DNA of 64,000 nt from contig OZ024743.1 in assembly GCA_964016885.1 (NCBI GenBank), positions 163,184,001-163,248,000 of the forward strand, written 5' to 3'. The position numbers and the translations under genes were made by a program. Shown here piece after piece: positions 38,466-52,090 of this stretch; position 1 is the stretch's first letter; every line of letters starts with the position of its first letter. The DNA is from Eledone cirrhosa (Eukaryota). The notes beneath the pieces are model-generated. The model had not been told where the DNA came from. It did not search any database and saw only the letters and a list, made by a program, of their open reading frames with translations.

Positions 38466-39301
38466 TAGTGAGTCCCCAACTTATGAATGAGTTGTGTTCC
38501 AAGAGGCCGTTTATTAGTTGATTTGTTCATAAATATAGACAATATGCCCCCACACCCAAGCATATAGACAATATGCCCCCACACCTAAGCATATAGACAA
38601 TATGTGTCCACACCCTCCCACTGCAAAGTGGTCGTGGAGGTGCCACGGCCAAAAAGCACCCAGCCCACACTGTAAAGTGGACGTGTAGGCGCCACGGAAA
38701 AAAGCACCCAGCACTCACTGTAAATGAGGTTGGTGTTAGGAAGGGCAACCAGCTGTAGAAATCAAGCCAGAATCAGTTCCCGTCTCACCCTTGCAAGCAG
38801 GGAAAAAGCGGACGTATGAGCAAGACAAGGTCAGCCGACCAGACACTGCCCACAACAGGACAACCCGTCTAACCCATGCTTGGGTGGAAGAACGGACATA
38901 AAACAGTGATGATAATGATAAGTTGATCATCTAACACAGTACTTACCAGTAAACCCACATATGTTACATTAATACTGCAGGTTTCCATATGAGTATATTT
39001 TTATATAGAGGTATATATAATAATTATTTCTACTTTTGGCATATATATAATAATTATTTATTTATTCTTTATTTATTTATTATTTATTCATTTATAATAA
39101 TGAATTTAAATACTGTAAAGCTAATGACAATAAACTGCGAAAGCAGAATGATATCCCATACCATAGGTACGATTTCAGTTTGTTTTTATGTTGGAAAAGA
39201 AGAAACCCAGGGTCTGAAAGAGCATACAATTTCAAACTCAAATTTTTTTTCTTTGTGAGACTGTTCGTATCTACGGAAGTTCATAAGGTGGGGACTTACT
39301 G
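38466..39301. mobile_element. Tigger-like MITE interrupted by an RTE 3'UTR fragment (~38530-38920)
   Basis: TIRs TAGTGAGTCCCCAACTTATGAA / TTCATAAGGTGGGGACTTACTG flanked by TA. Confidence 0.7.
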
Positions 39302-40329
39302 TATATCTGTCTACCTATCTGTCTGTATATCTACCTGTCTCTATATCCCAAGCAGCCTACCTATCTCTCTCTACCTAACTGTATATCTTTATAATGACCT
39401 ACCTACCTCTCTATCTGTCTGACTGTTTAGTGAACTGGTCGTAAGGTTATTTACTCTCGTAGGTAACACTGTATGCCAATCACTAATTTAATAATTTAAT
39501 AAGTGAAGGAACACAAGAATATGTAAGGAAAGCAGGAAGCAAGATGATGAGATGCAGACAGGAAATAATATATATGATAATAACAACGATAAGTCTTCTC
39601 AACAGTATGTGAAGGTAGTTTTTCTTTATTTGTGTGCTTGTGCGTGTGTGTTTACAATGGTTAAATGACATACCTGTGACATGCTTTGTTAATCCTTGTA
39701 AGAAGGATTGGAATACATCTGAGCTGAGCCTTATGGTATAGGTCCTCAGCAGATGTGTTTCAGGTGGCCAAAAGATGAAAAGAGAGAGAGAGGCGTCAGA
39801 ACGCTCCCTTATATACTGACCACGGGGAAGTAACTCCAAATAGTTTGGTTCCGGACAGAGATGGCGCTAGTCATTACAACTGTCAATCTATAGTTATTTA
39901 TGCATACTTACAAATGTAAAGTGGCCGTGTAGGTGTCACGGCAAAAAGTGCCCAGTCCACACTGTAAATGTGGTTGGCATTAGGAAGAGTGTCCAGCCAT
40001 AGAAACCAAGCCAGAACCAGTTCTGTATGAGCGAGATACGGTCACCTGATCTGACTTGTCTCACAATGGGATGACTTGCTTAACCCATGCTAGCATGGAA
40101 GAATGGATGTTAAACGGTGATGATGATCTATATAGCTACCTGTCTATTTGTCTACTCATCTGTCTATCTATCGACCTGCCAATCTATATCCCAAGCCTAC
40201 CTACCTCCCTTTGCCTAACTGTCTATCTTTATAACTACCTATCACGCATATACATAATTACTTTAACTCCATATTTTGAAAATTTCTCTTGATTTAAATG
40301 TTTCATAGTAACCATGAATCCCAAAAGTC

Positions 40330-40596
40330 AGCTCAAAAGTGACACAGAGGAGACTGAGGTTGGCTGGACATGCTCACCGACATCCAGAGTTGACATTGCA
40401 CTCAGTGCTCCTTTGGGAGCCCCTACATGGACACACTAGAAGAGGAAGACCAAGGTTAACATATGTTGATGCCCTAAGGACAGACACTGGTCTTTTGGAG
40501 ATGCAGGATATGGCAGCGATAATGAGGGACAGAGACCGCTGGAGAGAACTCGTCCATGGATCTCGGGAATTTTACCCGCCTTAGATAGATAGATAG
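40330..40596 (+). mobile_element. RTE-type LINE 3' end, different family
   Basis: RRLRLAGHAHRH..LLWEP..GRPRLTYVD..DRDRWR; (TAGA)n tail. Confidence 0.75.
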
Positions 40597-41067
40597 TAAC
40601 CATTCATTCAATCATTCACTGGGGCCCACATACAGACCCAAACATTCGTAGTAACGTTGTCAGAAACACACAATACTACAAAGTATGAAACAATAACGAG
40701 GAAATATATAACTACCCACCTACATCTCTGATGATGATGTATCTATCTTCAGACAAGAACAACAATAAGAACAAAAGCCCAAATCCCAATACCAGTTCCA
40801 AAATAGATAAATAGATGGATAGATATGTAGAACAAAATCATTGTAATTTAGTAGATTATATTTGAAATTGATTAAAGAAAATATGGAAAAAAAAATGTAA
40901 CATTTAAATGAATGCAAATTGAAATACAGTGATAGTCAGAGTGATAAGGAAAATTGATGATTTGAGTGTCTTTCTTTACATAGGATGTTGTAATCAAGGA
41001 ATTATTAAACTAAATATTTTTACTATAAAGCCCTCATTTTTTATGGGCACTCTGCTAGTGATGATAT

Positions 41068-41405
41068 ATCATCATCATCCATTTTTCCACGTTTGCATGG
41101 GTTGGACAGGTCCTTCTTAGCACAGCATCTCTCCACTTGCTGCATTTCTTCATCATCTCCTCTGTGAGGCTCAGTGATTTGAGATCAGCTCTCACCACCT
41201 CTGCCCAGGTCTTTCTCGGTCTACCTCTACTGCAGCTTCCCTCTACTGGCATTTCCTGGCACTTCTTCACCCAGCAATCATCATCCATACTCATCACATG
41301 CCTGTACCAATGCGGTCTTCTCTCCTGTACACCACCTCAGATTTGTCTTAAACCCAACTTCTCCCTAGGTTCATCCAAGCTCTGCCTTTTTTTCACATTT
41401 ACATG
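41068..41405 (-). mobile_element. RTE LINE 3' fragment
   Basis: GRPRKTWAEVV C-terminus; (TGA)n tail. Confidence 0.82.
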
Positions 41406-41592
41406 GATGCTTCACCTTACGTTTGCTTGACTTTGGTTATTATCCTTTTCTAAGGGCAACAAAATAAGTACCAGACAAAATACTGGGGTTGATAAATAAA
41501 ATAATTGAATAAAACTTGTAGGCAGTGCCCCAGCATGGCCACAGTCCAATGACTGAAACTAGTCAAAGAATAAAATGTTCTTGAATAGTTAC

Positions 41593-41737
41593 CTTAGCTC
41601 GACTGTAATACAGTTTTCCTTTGTTGGGGCCATTACCTAGAGTTCCAAGACCCCGGCTTGCAAACCATATGGCACATCCGATGCTGTCATCTAAGACAGA
41701 GCATAATGGGTAGAGCAACGGGGTCACGCATTTCTCT
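41593..41737 (-). CDS. ASNSD1: ASNSD1 coding exon
   Basis: EKCVTPLLYPLCSVLDDSIGCAIWFASRGLG...YYSRAK (VLDDSIGCAxWFASRG motif); ttttcAG / GTaact; 145 nt, phase 2/0. Confidence 0.93.
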
Positions 41738-42404
41738 CTGAAAACAAATATTTCATTTACATCATTATCATTTTACACATGCCTTCCATGGGTTGGATGG
41801 GTCGTCATGGTCAAAGACTAGATATATAGGCAAAACCACATTTTGTTAATATTTAACATGGTTTCTAAGACTGGATTCCCTTCCCATTGCCAAAAACTTT
41901 AGTGTGTACTGGGTGTATTTTATTGTGGCTCCAGCATGCATGGCTCCACAATTATCAGCTTCTTGGACTAAAGTAGGAGCATCAATATAATCACCCAACT
42001 AGCTACAAATAACAGCTAAATTACTTCAAATCACATCTACTGTGATAGGAAAGAAACTTGTTGAAATAAGAACCTGCTGTGTGGATTTTTACTTTGAATT
42101 ACATGTGCAAATGGGTATTCACATGTATAAATATACACAATAACATATACACGACCGTATATATATCCTTTCATGCATATCATGAACATACATAGATATA
42201 GAGGATAAATATACATGTACATTTATGAATACGGGTTACATAGTGTAGTCAGTATAAGTCACAAATCATACCATTATAATATTTAGCCATAATTCATTAT
42301 TGTATCTAAAGGACTAATGGGAATAAACAACAATGATAGGTTGGGTAGGCTAGAAAGAGAAATAGGCAGGTTGTTTAAAAAGTGTAGATAACTTTGTTAT
42401 TAGT

Positions 42405-42985
42405 CAATGCAGATGATTTGGTCTTTATAGCTGAAACAAAAAAAAAAGCAAGAAAATAAATTCTGATTATGGAAACTGAATTTGGAATAAAAAGGTCTGA
42501 GTGTAAACTTAGCCAAAACTAAAGTGCTAGTGAGTAGGAGAGAAGTTAGGACCCAGATGCCCCCAAGGAAGTGGCCATGCTCAATATGCAGAAAAGGAGT
42601 AGGCATAAGCTCCATACAGTGCTAATGATATAAACCTTTTCCAGTCACAGGAAGGATCCATAGCTGTGGTTGATAGCTTCTGCTATCTAGGTGACTTAAT
42701 TAGCAGAGGGGGAGGGTGCACCAAGAATATAATAGCTAGAATAAGGATAGGATGGAAGAAGTTTACAGAACTGCTCCCACTGCTGACAAGAAAAAGGTTT
42801 CTCCCTATGTACAAAAGGAAGGCTGTATGATGACTGTGTGCGGTGCATGATGCTGCATGGTAGTGAAAAATGGGTTGTGACTGCAGAGCACATGCATAGA
42901 CTGGAAAGAAATGAAGCTAACATGTTTCGATGGATGTGCAATGTAAATGTGAGAGAAAGGCAGAGCTTGGATGAGTTGAGAAGCT
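42405..42985 (+). mobile_element. Decayed RTE LINE RT fragment
   Basis: ADDLVFIAE...KTKV..WPCSICRKG..LHGSEKW. Confidence 0.8.
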
Positions 42986-45400
42986 GCAAACCCACCGACT
43001 TTTCTGGGTTCAGTTTTGCTCCTGTCAACCTTTCATATTCTTCTAAGATTTCTGAGGTGTTCGAAACCATTGACTGACTGATCGCGTGATCTGAAACGGA
43101 TCCTTAAGGTGGCCATTTACTTTGACCACTGAGCAGATGCCACTGTGATCCAGCAGTCATTGCAGTGATCCAGCCTCTGAAGACAGGACCGAAGCCAGCT
43201 GCCTTAAGGACAGCCCCCATGTATTGATGGTCGACCCTACTGAAAACTTTTGATTGATCTAAATTGATCAGAGCCCCACTGAAGCCAGGTTTACATGCTA
43301 CCCTCTCTACGATGTATCTCTATGGTAATACAATATTGTTATTGAAAACCTCTATTATCATTATTATGATAACAATGTGGTTATCGATGAGAAGTATGGT
43401 ATTATTTTTATTATTATTAGAAGCGCTGTGGATTATTATTATTAGAAGGGCGGTGGATTGGCAGTATCGGTAGAGGGTCGGACGCCATGCTTTGCAGCAT
43501 AGAGTTACGGCTCTTTATGATCTGAGCTCAAATCCCGCCAAGGTTAACTTTGCCTTTCATTCTTGACGTTCTATAAATAGTGGATGGTAAGAGCGACTCT
43601 GGACTGGGCATCAATGAAAATCACTAAAAAATCTTTCCCGGGGAACTTTTAGACCAAGGCCCATGGACAACTTCCAGAAATCCCTGGCCTGGCAGTACTA
43701 CCGGGAAGCATTACCAGTTCAAGATAAACACTACAGGCATGGAAGTGTCATCTGCCAGGCCTATCTGAGATGCACACAGGGCAACGAAACTGTCCTACAT
43801 GCACTTGTCCAGTGTCTGAGCATTGCTGACTTGTGGATTTATGTTGAACACCTGCTGACACATGTAGGATGGATCCGGCTATCAGCTGAGTCCATCATCA
43901 GGATTGCTCCTCCATCTTCTTTTAGGCGGGAGGGGCAGGCAGTTTTTATCTGCCTGGTGGCCATGGTGAAAGAGGTTGTGTGGTGGACACATGTAAAAGG
44001 GATGAAGACAAGCACTTTCCCCTTCTGCAAAGCCCTGATAAACTTTTTCAGGTTTCATTTGAAGAAGAATATCAGGGTAGAGAGGGAAGTGTTGCCTTCA
44101 AAGCAATTTGTTGAAAGTTGGGGGAGGCAAGCATTACTGCACAAACTGGAGACGTTGAGGGGCGTCCTGCGCGAACTGGGATGTGGGAGAACCATGTCAG
44201 CATATGCAGACGACGCCACCATAGTGGTGTTGAGCGCCAAACATATCGAGGTGATGAAACATATCGTGGCTGATGATGCGCAAACATGTGCTCAGGTAAC
44301 GACATCTCCACCTCTTCCTCGACGATGAACAGGTGTGGTCACCGTTTGCTAGACACGTTTTTTCCCAGCTCATCTCCTGGGGAAAATGCCAACCACTGAG
44401 CTGCAATCTTGGGTCAAGTGAAGATCGAGAGGGAGCACTTGGAGATTGGAATCTCTTCAGGTGCTCACAGCCCTCGACCAATCAGGTGATGCGATCGGTG
44501 GAAACTCCACCTTGGTGTTCTATAGAGGGTTAGTGGAGGGAAAGAGCGACGACGTTCTTGGGAAGACTCTAGGCGTCGACGAAAATCAACTAGCCAATCT
44601 TCTCGGGAGAACTTTTGGGCCGGGGCCCATGAACAACTTCCAGAAATCCCTGGCCTGGCAGTGTTACCAAGGAGCCTTGCCAGTTCAGGATAAACTCTAC
44701 AGGCATGGAAATGCCGTCAGCCAGGCCTGTCCAAGATGCGTGCAAGGCGACGAAACCGTCCTGCATGCACTCGCCCAGTGTCCGAGCATCACTAACTTGT
44801 GGGTTTATGTCGAACATTTGCCGTCACGTGTAGGACGGATTCGGCTATCAGCTGAGTCCATCATGAAGATTGCCCCACCACCCTCTTTTAACCAGGAGGG
44901 GCAGGCAGTTTTAATCTGCCTGGTGGCCATGATAAAAGAGGTTGTATGGTGGACACGTCTGAAAGGGTTGAAGGCGGGCACTTCCCTCTTCAGTGACGCC
45001 CTCATTAACTTTTTCAGGTTTCACCTGAAAAGAAAAATCAGGGTGGAGAGGGAAGTGCTGCCTTCCAGCCAGTTTGTTGAAAGGTGGGTGAGAGAGGCAA
45101 GAATGGCCCATGTGAATGGGCCTGCCCTGAGCATGTGCCTGTAGTATTGTAGGAGGAAAACTGGAAGAGGGCGCTTGCCCTAGCGGTCAGGGTTACCGTG
45201 GCTTTTTTGTGGCCTTTCTCCACGAGTGACCCTCGGAAGTCTTCCCCCTATTGGAAAATTTTTCCTTGTTTCTTTTTTGTTATATCCTTTTTTTTCCCCA
45301 TATAATTTTGTTTTTGTTTTTTACATGCAGAAATGCCCATTTGTACCGTCCTGTACTGTCCTTAATGTTATACTTTATGTCAACCCTTGATTAATAAAGA
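42985..45400. mobile_element. Rearranged L1/Tx1-type LINE fragments (SINE at ~43450-43565 in between)
   Basis: Minus-strand RT piece YERLTGAKLNPEKS; plus-strand SAYADD piece; two copies of the C-terminal CxxC..ETVLHAL..C zinc knuckle (43663-44120, 44446-45144); AATAAA near 45393. Confidence 0.78.
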
Positions 45401-45419
45401 ATGCATTATTACTAATTTT

Positions 45420-46060
45420 GTTATTATTATTATTACTTTCCTGGCCTTGTGCCTTAGGTATGAGCAGTGTAGTTTTCACTGATGTTGTTTCTATTGTATT
45501 GTTAGTACTTTTCGTAATATGTGTGCAGTGCCTAGTAGTACTATCTTTTGTATACTCTATATATTTGTAAGTACTGGGGTTTTAGCTATATATTTGTCTG
45601 TGTTTTTTATCATTCCTAGAGCACCTATTATTATAGGTGTTGTTTGTTTTCATTTTCCACTTTCGAGTTATTTTGGAAGATATATTATCGTCTGTGGGGA
45701 TAGATACATCTATCAGAAGGCATTTTTTTCTTTTGTGGTCTTTGACTATAATATCTGGTCGGTTGGTCTTGATCTCTCTGTCTGTATGTATTGGCATATC
45801 CCAGAGAATGGTTGCTTTGTTATTCTCTGACACTTTTTCTGGTGTGTGTTTGTACCATCTTTTTCTGTTGGTATTTCATAATGTTGGCATAACTTCCAGT
45901 GTATGAATGTCCAAACTCCAAATGTCTGGATATATTCCTTTTTGGCTAGAGCTGGGCATCCAGGGACAATGTCATTAATTGTTTCTTCCCTATCTCCACA
46001 TATTTTACAGTTACTTATTGTGCTTTGTTTCATTATGTACTTAAGGTAGTTTCTGGTCAA
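45420..46060 (-). mobile_element. R4/Dong-like LINE 3' end (restriction-like endonuclease)
   Basis: CKICGDREETI..C; ILWDMPIHTDREIKTNRPDIIV..LIDVSIP (PD-D/ExK); (TAA)n tail. Confidence 0.8.
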
Positions 46061-46199
46061 GTCTGGCTAGTGGGCCCGTATTATGGGAGCTGGGTGGGCA
46101 TGTTATGGGGAGGGAGGGAGGTCTGGCTGGTTAGTCGCATTGGGACTGTATTTTTATGACAGCTAAATGCCTTTCCTAAGCTGGGCTAGGTTGTCGACT

Positions 46200-47100
46200 T
46201 GGGTCTTTTGTCACACGTCATAACGCCAGAGAGCTCGGTCTTATGTCATCTACTTCGAGAGGTTCAACTCAGCCAGGTCATCCTTTATCATTTTTTCCCT
46301 GCACCTTTTTATATAGCTGTCATTCTTCATGCGCATCAGATGTCCATACTACTGCAGTCATCTCTCCTGCACACAGCATTTGATCCCTCTTATGCCCTGT
46401 TTCTCAATTCATTGACATTTCGCTGTTCACACACACTAATGTTACACATCTATCGGAGCATGCAGGCTTCATTTCTTTCCAATCTCAGTAGATCCTCAGC
46501 ATTTGGTGCCCATGTTTCACTTCCATGTAGCATTGCTGTTTGCACACAGGCATTGTACAGCTTACCTTTTATTTTGAATAAGAGACTTTTTGTACTAGCA
46601 ATAGCAGTAGCTCCCTGAATTTTTTCCATTCCGTTCTTACTGTGGCAACTGTGCTTTCTGTGATTTGGTTACCCAGGTAACAGAAGCTATCAACTATTTC
46701 TATGGGGTCCTGTGTAATTGAAGGAGCTTGCTTCCTGAGGGTCTTTACTTACTGCCTCTGTGCAGCGTTCACATATGAAGTCTATGCTTTTTACTAGCCT
46801 GCCTGTTTTCCCACTACATCTCTTGTGTACCCACAATTTGCATTTGGGACACAGCATTGAGTTTCTATGTACACCTTTCCTGCATACAGAGCCACTTCCC
46901 TGATGGGATCAGAGCCATTTTCTTTTTTGCTCACTAGGATTTTGGTCTTTGCCAGGTTGACTTTAGAGCCTTTTATTTCCAAGCTGTGCCTCCATGTCAG
47001 AAATTTCTAATTCTATCAAATTTGGCTATGAGAGTCATGTCGTTGGCATATAGGAGTTCCCATGGGCAATCAGTCTTAAATTCCTCTGTTATAGCCTGTA
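46200..47100 (-). mobile_element. Decayed RTE LINE fragment
   Basis: ITEEFKTDCPWELLYAND..KTKILV..LHGSETW. Confidence 0.8.
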
Positions 47101-48320
47101 GGACAAGGAGATAGTCGGTCTCCTTTATTGTTTGTCCTTACCCTTATACCCTTGTCCCTCATATTGCGAAAAATGAAAGCAGGATACGAACTAGGAAGAG
47201 GAGAGCTTACCATCAACCACTTCCTTTTCATGGACAACCTAAAACTTTTGGGGAAGAATGAGGAGGGGTTGAATGTACTTGTTAACACTGTCCATATTTT
47301 CAGCAATGATATATGTATAGAATTTGGTGTTAATAAGTGTGGAGCCCAAGTGATGAAGTGGGATACATTGAAGAAAAGCAAAGGAATCAAGGTACAAATG
47401 GGTGAGATGATAAAGGAAATAAACACTAAAGAGGGATATAGGTATTTGGGTTTTCTAGAAGCAGATAACATCAAGGACAATAAAATGAAGGAGATGATAA
47501 GATCTCAATACGTAAGGAGAGTAAGGAACATATTAAAATCATATTTGAATAGTAGAAATGCCATAAGTGCAGTAAGTTCCTGAGCTGTGTCTATTATTAG
47601 GTACAGTGCAGCCCTTTATGATCTGAGTTCAAATCCTGCCGAGGTTAACTTTGCCTTTCATCCTTCAGGGGTCAATAAAATAAAGTACCAGTAATACACT
47701 GGGGTAATTGCTGGCCTTGTGCCAAAAGTAAAAACAATTATTAGGTACAGTGCGGGAATTCTTAAATGGAATGTAAACAAGCAAAAAGAACTGGATAGAA
47801 AGAGAAGGAAACTAATAATTACCTACAGTATGTTTCATAAGAAGAGTGATGTTGATAAACTGTACTTAAGGAGATCTGAAGATGGAAGAAGTCTAATCAG
47901 CGTGGAGGACTGTGTTCAGATGGAGAAGAGCTGTCTACATAAATATGTGTCTGAGAGTAATGCTTAAAGCTGTATTGAAGGAGGAGACAATAGACCAGGG
48001 GATGTCCAAGAAAGAAGTAACAACAAAGAGGAAAAGCAACCTGAATAAAAAGACCCTTCATAGCATCTTTTTAAAGAAAACAGAATTCAGAGATCTACAG
48101 ACATGGAACAGGTTAAAGAAAGGGGACCTTAAGAAAGCCACTAGCTACTAGCTGCAGAGGAGCAAGCCCTTCGAATGAAGTGGGTGAAACATTATACTGA
48201 CAAGGAGGAGGCTAGCCCACTCTATAGGATCTGTGGAGAGAGAGGAAACTGTGGATCACATTGTATCCGAGTGTAAACCGAGCTCAGACTCACTATAAAG
48301 AATGAAGGCATGATATCATG
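47100..48320 (+). mobile_element. R4/Dong-like LINE RT fragment with SINE insertion at 47610-47736
   Basis: QGDS.SPLLF..INHFLFMDNLKL..YRYLG..IIRYSAG; SINE TSD ATTATTAGGTACAGTGC at 47593-47609 / 47737-47753. Confidence 0.82.
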
Positions 48321-49363
48321 GAAAAGTGCAGCTGTAAAAACCAGCCGAAACACAGCCCTACTATGAGCAGGGCATGGTGTGGCCAACTGGTCAGACCTCC
48401 ATCATGGGACCACCAAGCTCCCAAACTATGGTTCCACTGTGAGCAGGGTATGGCATGGCCAACTGACCATACCCTCCTCATAATGGTGCCACCCAGCTCC
48501 ACACTGTAAATGTGGTTCGTGTTAAGAAGGGCATCTAGCGACCGTAAAAACCAAGCCATCACACAGTCCCAATTTCTGAGACTACTACTTCTTTTTTACT
48601 CACTTATTCCTAAGAGGGTTGTGGGAGCAGAGTCTTCAAATACTCCTTTCCGTGAGTCCTGTCAGAAGCAACCATCTCCAGCTGATCCATTTGGATACCC
48701 AAGTGATACCAGCCAAGTTCATGGATGTTATCCAACCATCTTGCTTGGCATCTACCCCTGACTCTCCTGCCAGTTGGTTTTGCCTGTAAAATTTGCCCAG
48801 CGATTGTTTCCTATGACATTCTAACCACATGCCCATAGTATCGGCGCTATGATCTCTCAATTTGGAGAAGTAACAGCTCTACCTAGAACAACTCTCTGAT
48901 CTCCAAGCAATGCACTCTATTGAATAATGTTACTCCAAATATAAATACAAGCTTGATGCCTTTAGAAAACAGAGATGTGTAGTCTGAGTTCATGGAACTG
49001 TCTGAAGGGCTAATTGATTCAGTGTGAAGCTGCAAGTAGCTTAGAGCTGTTCAATTGCAAAACATGTGTCACGCAAGTATGTGAATAAAAATCTGTTAGA
49101 CTGAACCTTCACTCTCTCGTTTTTTATGTTGATACCAAACAGATGCCAATATAAATTCCTACAATCGTTTATACTGTATATCTAAATCAGGTAAATGCAT
49201 CAAATGCGACAAACGCTAAGGAAACTATGTATTATTTAATATCCAAACAGTACATAGATAGATAGACAGACTTATAGATAGAAAGTTAGTGAGTGAGGTA
49301 GATAGATAGCTATCAATAGTTGTTAAAATTATGGGACATTGATTTAAGATAAATGTATCATAC

Positions 49364-49398
49364 CGAAATACTTGCAGTTCATCTTTGGTGACATTAAT
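49364..49398 (-). CDS. ASNSD1: ASNSD1 35-nt micro-exon
   Basis: INVTKDELQVF(R), the expected INVxxxELQ segment; cattttAG / GTatga; phase 0/2 exactly bridges the neighbouring exons. Confidence 0.88.
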
Positions 49399-49900
49399 CT
49401 AAAATGTAAAATATGGTATATGTTTAACATGATTATAAATTTTCAGACTATTAACAGAGGGGAAAGGCACACATACATAAGATGAATACAAAGAGAATGG
49501 GGGGAGGGGAGAAAGAGAGGTATAGAGATAGACACATAAGGAGATGATAACAAGAAAAGGAGAAAAATAGTTAGAAACGGGGCTGGCACTACTATTAAGG
49601 CCAACTAGGCAGTCACTTAGGGCACAGACTGCAAAGAGGTGCATTACTGAACCATAAAGAATCACAGTTTTATATAAATTTGTATAACATAATAATTTCC
49701 TATGATCAATAAATAAATCACATAACATCTTTGCCAGTTTCCAAGCTGTAAGTTGAAATGATTTTATTTGAGAAAATGGGGCACATAACTGAGAGGAGGA
49801 GACACATTGTAACGCCAGCCTAGAGCACTAAATACCCAAGCACTAGTCCTGGCTAGAGATTTATAAAGAAAGCGAATGCAAACATTTTCTGCTAACTTAC

Positions 49901-50015
49901 CTCAACAAAGTTCCATTTTCTATTGGGATTGAGTTCTTCAAGAGCAGTGTAGCCAGTCAAACGATCAGGAACTAAAAAGTGTTTTTCATCAGATGTTGCA
50001 CAAGGATTTGTTAGT
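49901..50015 (-). CDS. ASNSD1: ASNSD1 coding exon
   Basis: (R)LTNPCATSDEKHFLVPDRLTGYTALEELNPNRKWNFVE (VPDRxTG and WNFVE motifs); ctttaAG / GTaagt; 115 nt, phase 2/0. Confidence 0.9.
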
Positions 50016-51477
50016 CTTAAAGTAGAAGAGAAAATATATTCTTTTAACTGGTTTCGGTCATTAAACTGTAGCCATACCCAGTATTTATTTTATTAATCTC
50101 TTTTTGTTGAACTGCTAAGTTATGGGACAGACAAGCACAACTCTCTCTCTATATATATATATATGTATGTATGCACCAGTCCACTTTGTCAAATAGTAGC
50201 AATGTTACGATAAAATCTATCTGGTACATGCCATGAAGTGGTTTGAATTAGAAACCATACTAAAATGGAATGAATAAGTGAGATGCAGTTATCTGACATG
50301 CCTAACCTCAACACGTAATAACTCATCTAACCCACTCCATCATGAAAAAAAGACAATGGTGATTATAGGAAACTTAGGATGATGTGGTGAAGGCGGACCT
50401 TATGCAGCTAAAGCTCACAAAGGAAATTACCCAGAATCAAGTAAACTGGCAGCATGTCATACTTCAGAAGCGGGATGAAATAAGCATAGGAAAGATGACC
50501 CCCCCCCCCACCTACCAGTATGCTCCTGACTTCCTAATCCTGCCCACATTCCCCCTAGGCCCGAAGAAGCAGAGAGGTTGAACAACTTTCAGGTCTCCGC
50601 CTGCCAATATTCTCCTGACTTTCCTACCTCCCCTTGTTCAACCTGTGCGAGTGTGGAAAGCTAGGACAAACCTTGTGTCATTCTCCTTCCCTGCCAAACC
50701 CAGGCCACTTTTCCCCCCTCTGCTTCACAGTCACATCCATGACTCGTGCTTACCATCCAACCCAGGTACACCCACAATATGTCAGAAACCATCCACCTGC
50801 TCACCTGGCACCTCCTCTTCCACAGTGGAGTATCTGTACCTCACCCACACCCTTCTCATTTAAAATCTTCACTTCCATCGATGTCTACCCTGGTAATGCT
50901 GGTGCCATAAGCCGCCCCCAGCCCAATCTGTGTTCAAATCCACCGATCAACTTTGCTTTTCATCCTTTTGAGGTTGATAAGTAATGTACCAGTTCAATAT
51001 TCGGGTTGATTCTTCCTCTGTCCCTTTTTTTCAATTTATCTCTGGAAGAAATCAGCTATGCTCATACCTAGAGAGAGATAGACTCTGCCAAGTTTAAATG
51101 CCCAAGAAAGTGCCCCTATAATTCCATCAGGAGTTCAGGGCTTACAGCATAGAGTCTAAGAAGCATAAGAAAATAAAATACAGAATGGTCACATCTGGAA
51201 TGCCATTAATCATAGGTCTTGCTCAATAAGTACTGACCTGGGAATAAACAACAATGGCACATGACTAAATGGTTAAAGAGTTGGATTCACAATCATAAAG
51301 TTGTGGGTTCAATTTCTGGACCAGGTCATGCATTGTGTTCTTTAGCAAGAGGTTTGATTTAACAAAAGAACTGGGCCCCCTTATCATTACACCTAGGAAA
51401 CCACCTATGAGATACATTTTTAAAAAATGATGTTAAAATAAAAAGAATACAAATAAGTTGTTAAAGGATCCCTTTAC

Positions 51478-51573
51478 CTTTTGTTTCTTTTACCCTTCAT
51501 CTGTTCTTGTTGGTTTGGATCAGAAGCAAATGCAACATTGAGTAGATCAATAGGTTTGTCTGGATCAACATAG
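51478..51573 (-). CDS. ASNSD1: ASNSD1 coding exon
   Basis: (R)YVDPDKPIDLLNVAFASDPNQQEQMKGKRNK (PIDLLNVAF motif); ttacAG / GTaaag; 96 nt, phase 2/2. Confidence 0.9.
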
Positions 51574-51834
51574 CTGTAAGGTAATTATATATCAGCACTA
51601 AGTTATACATATATATAATATGAGATCTTCTTTGCCTACTTATTCCTGAGAGGGCTGTAGGGGAGTCCTCAAACACTCTTTCCAGCAGGTCCTGTCAGAA
51701 GCAACCATCTCCAACCAATCTGGCTGGATCACCAAGCGAGACCAGCCGAGCTCATGGATGTTATCTAACCATCTTACTCAGGGTCTACTCCTGGTTGGTT
51801 TTGTCCCATAAAATCTGTCCAGTGATTTCTTGAG

Positions 51835-51873
<39 letters not shown>

Positions 51874-52090
51874 CAGACACTGTAAAGAGGATGGTGATGG
51901 GAAGGCCATCAAGCCATAGAAAGTTTGCCAAACAAAAGGTCGGAAGAAATGTTTCAGTTGTGTCAAAGACATAACAACCTCCCTAGTTATAGTGCCATGA
52001 TAAAATGCAAATGGAAGAGTGCAGGATCATATGCAAGTAAGATGCAAACCAACACCACCACCATCCCATCGATCTCTTTGGGAATAAATT

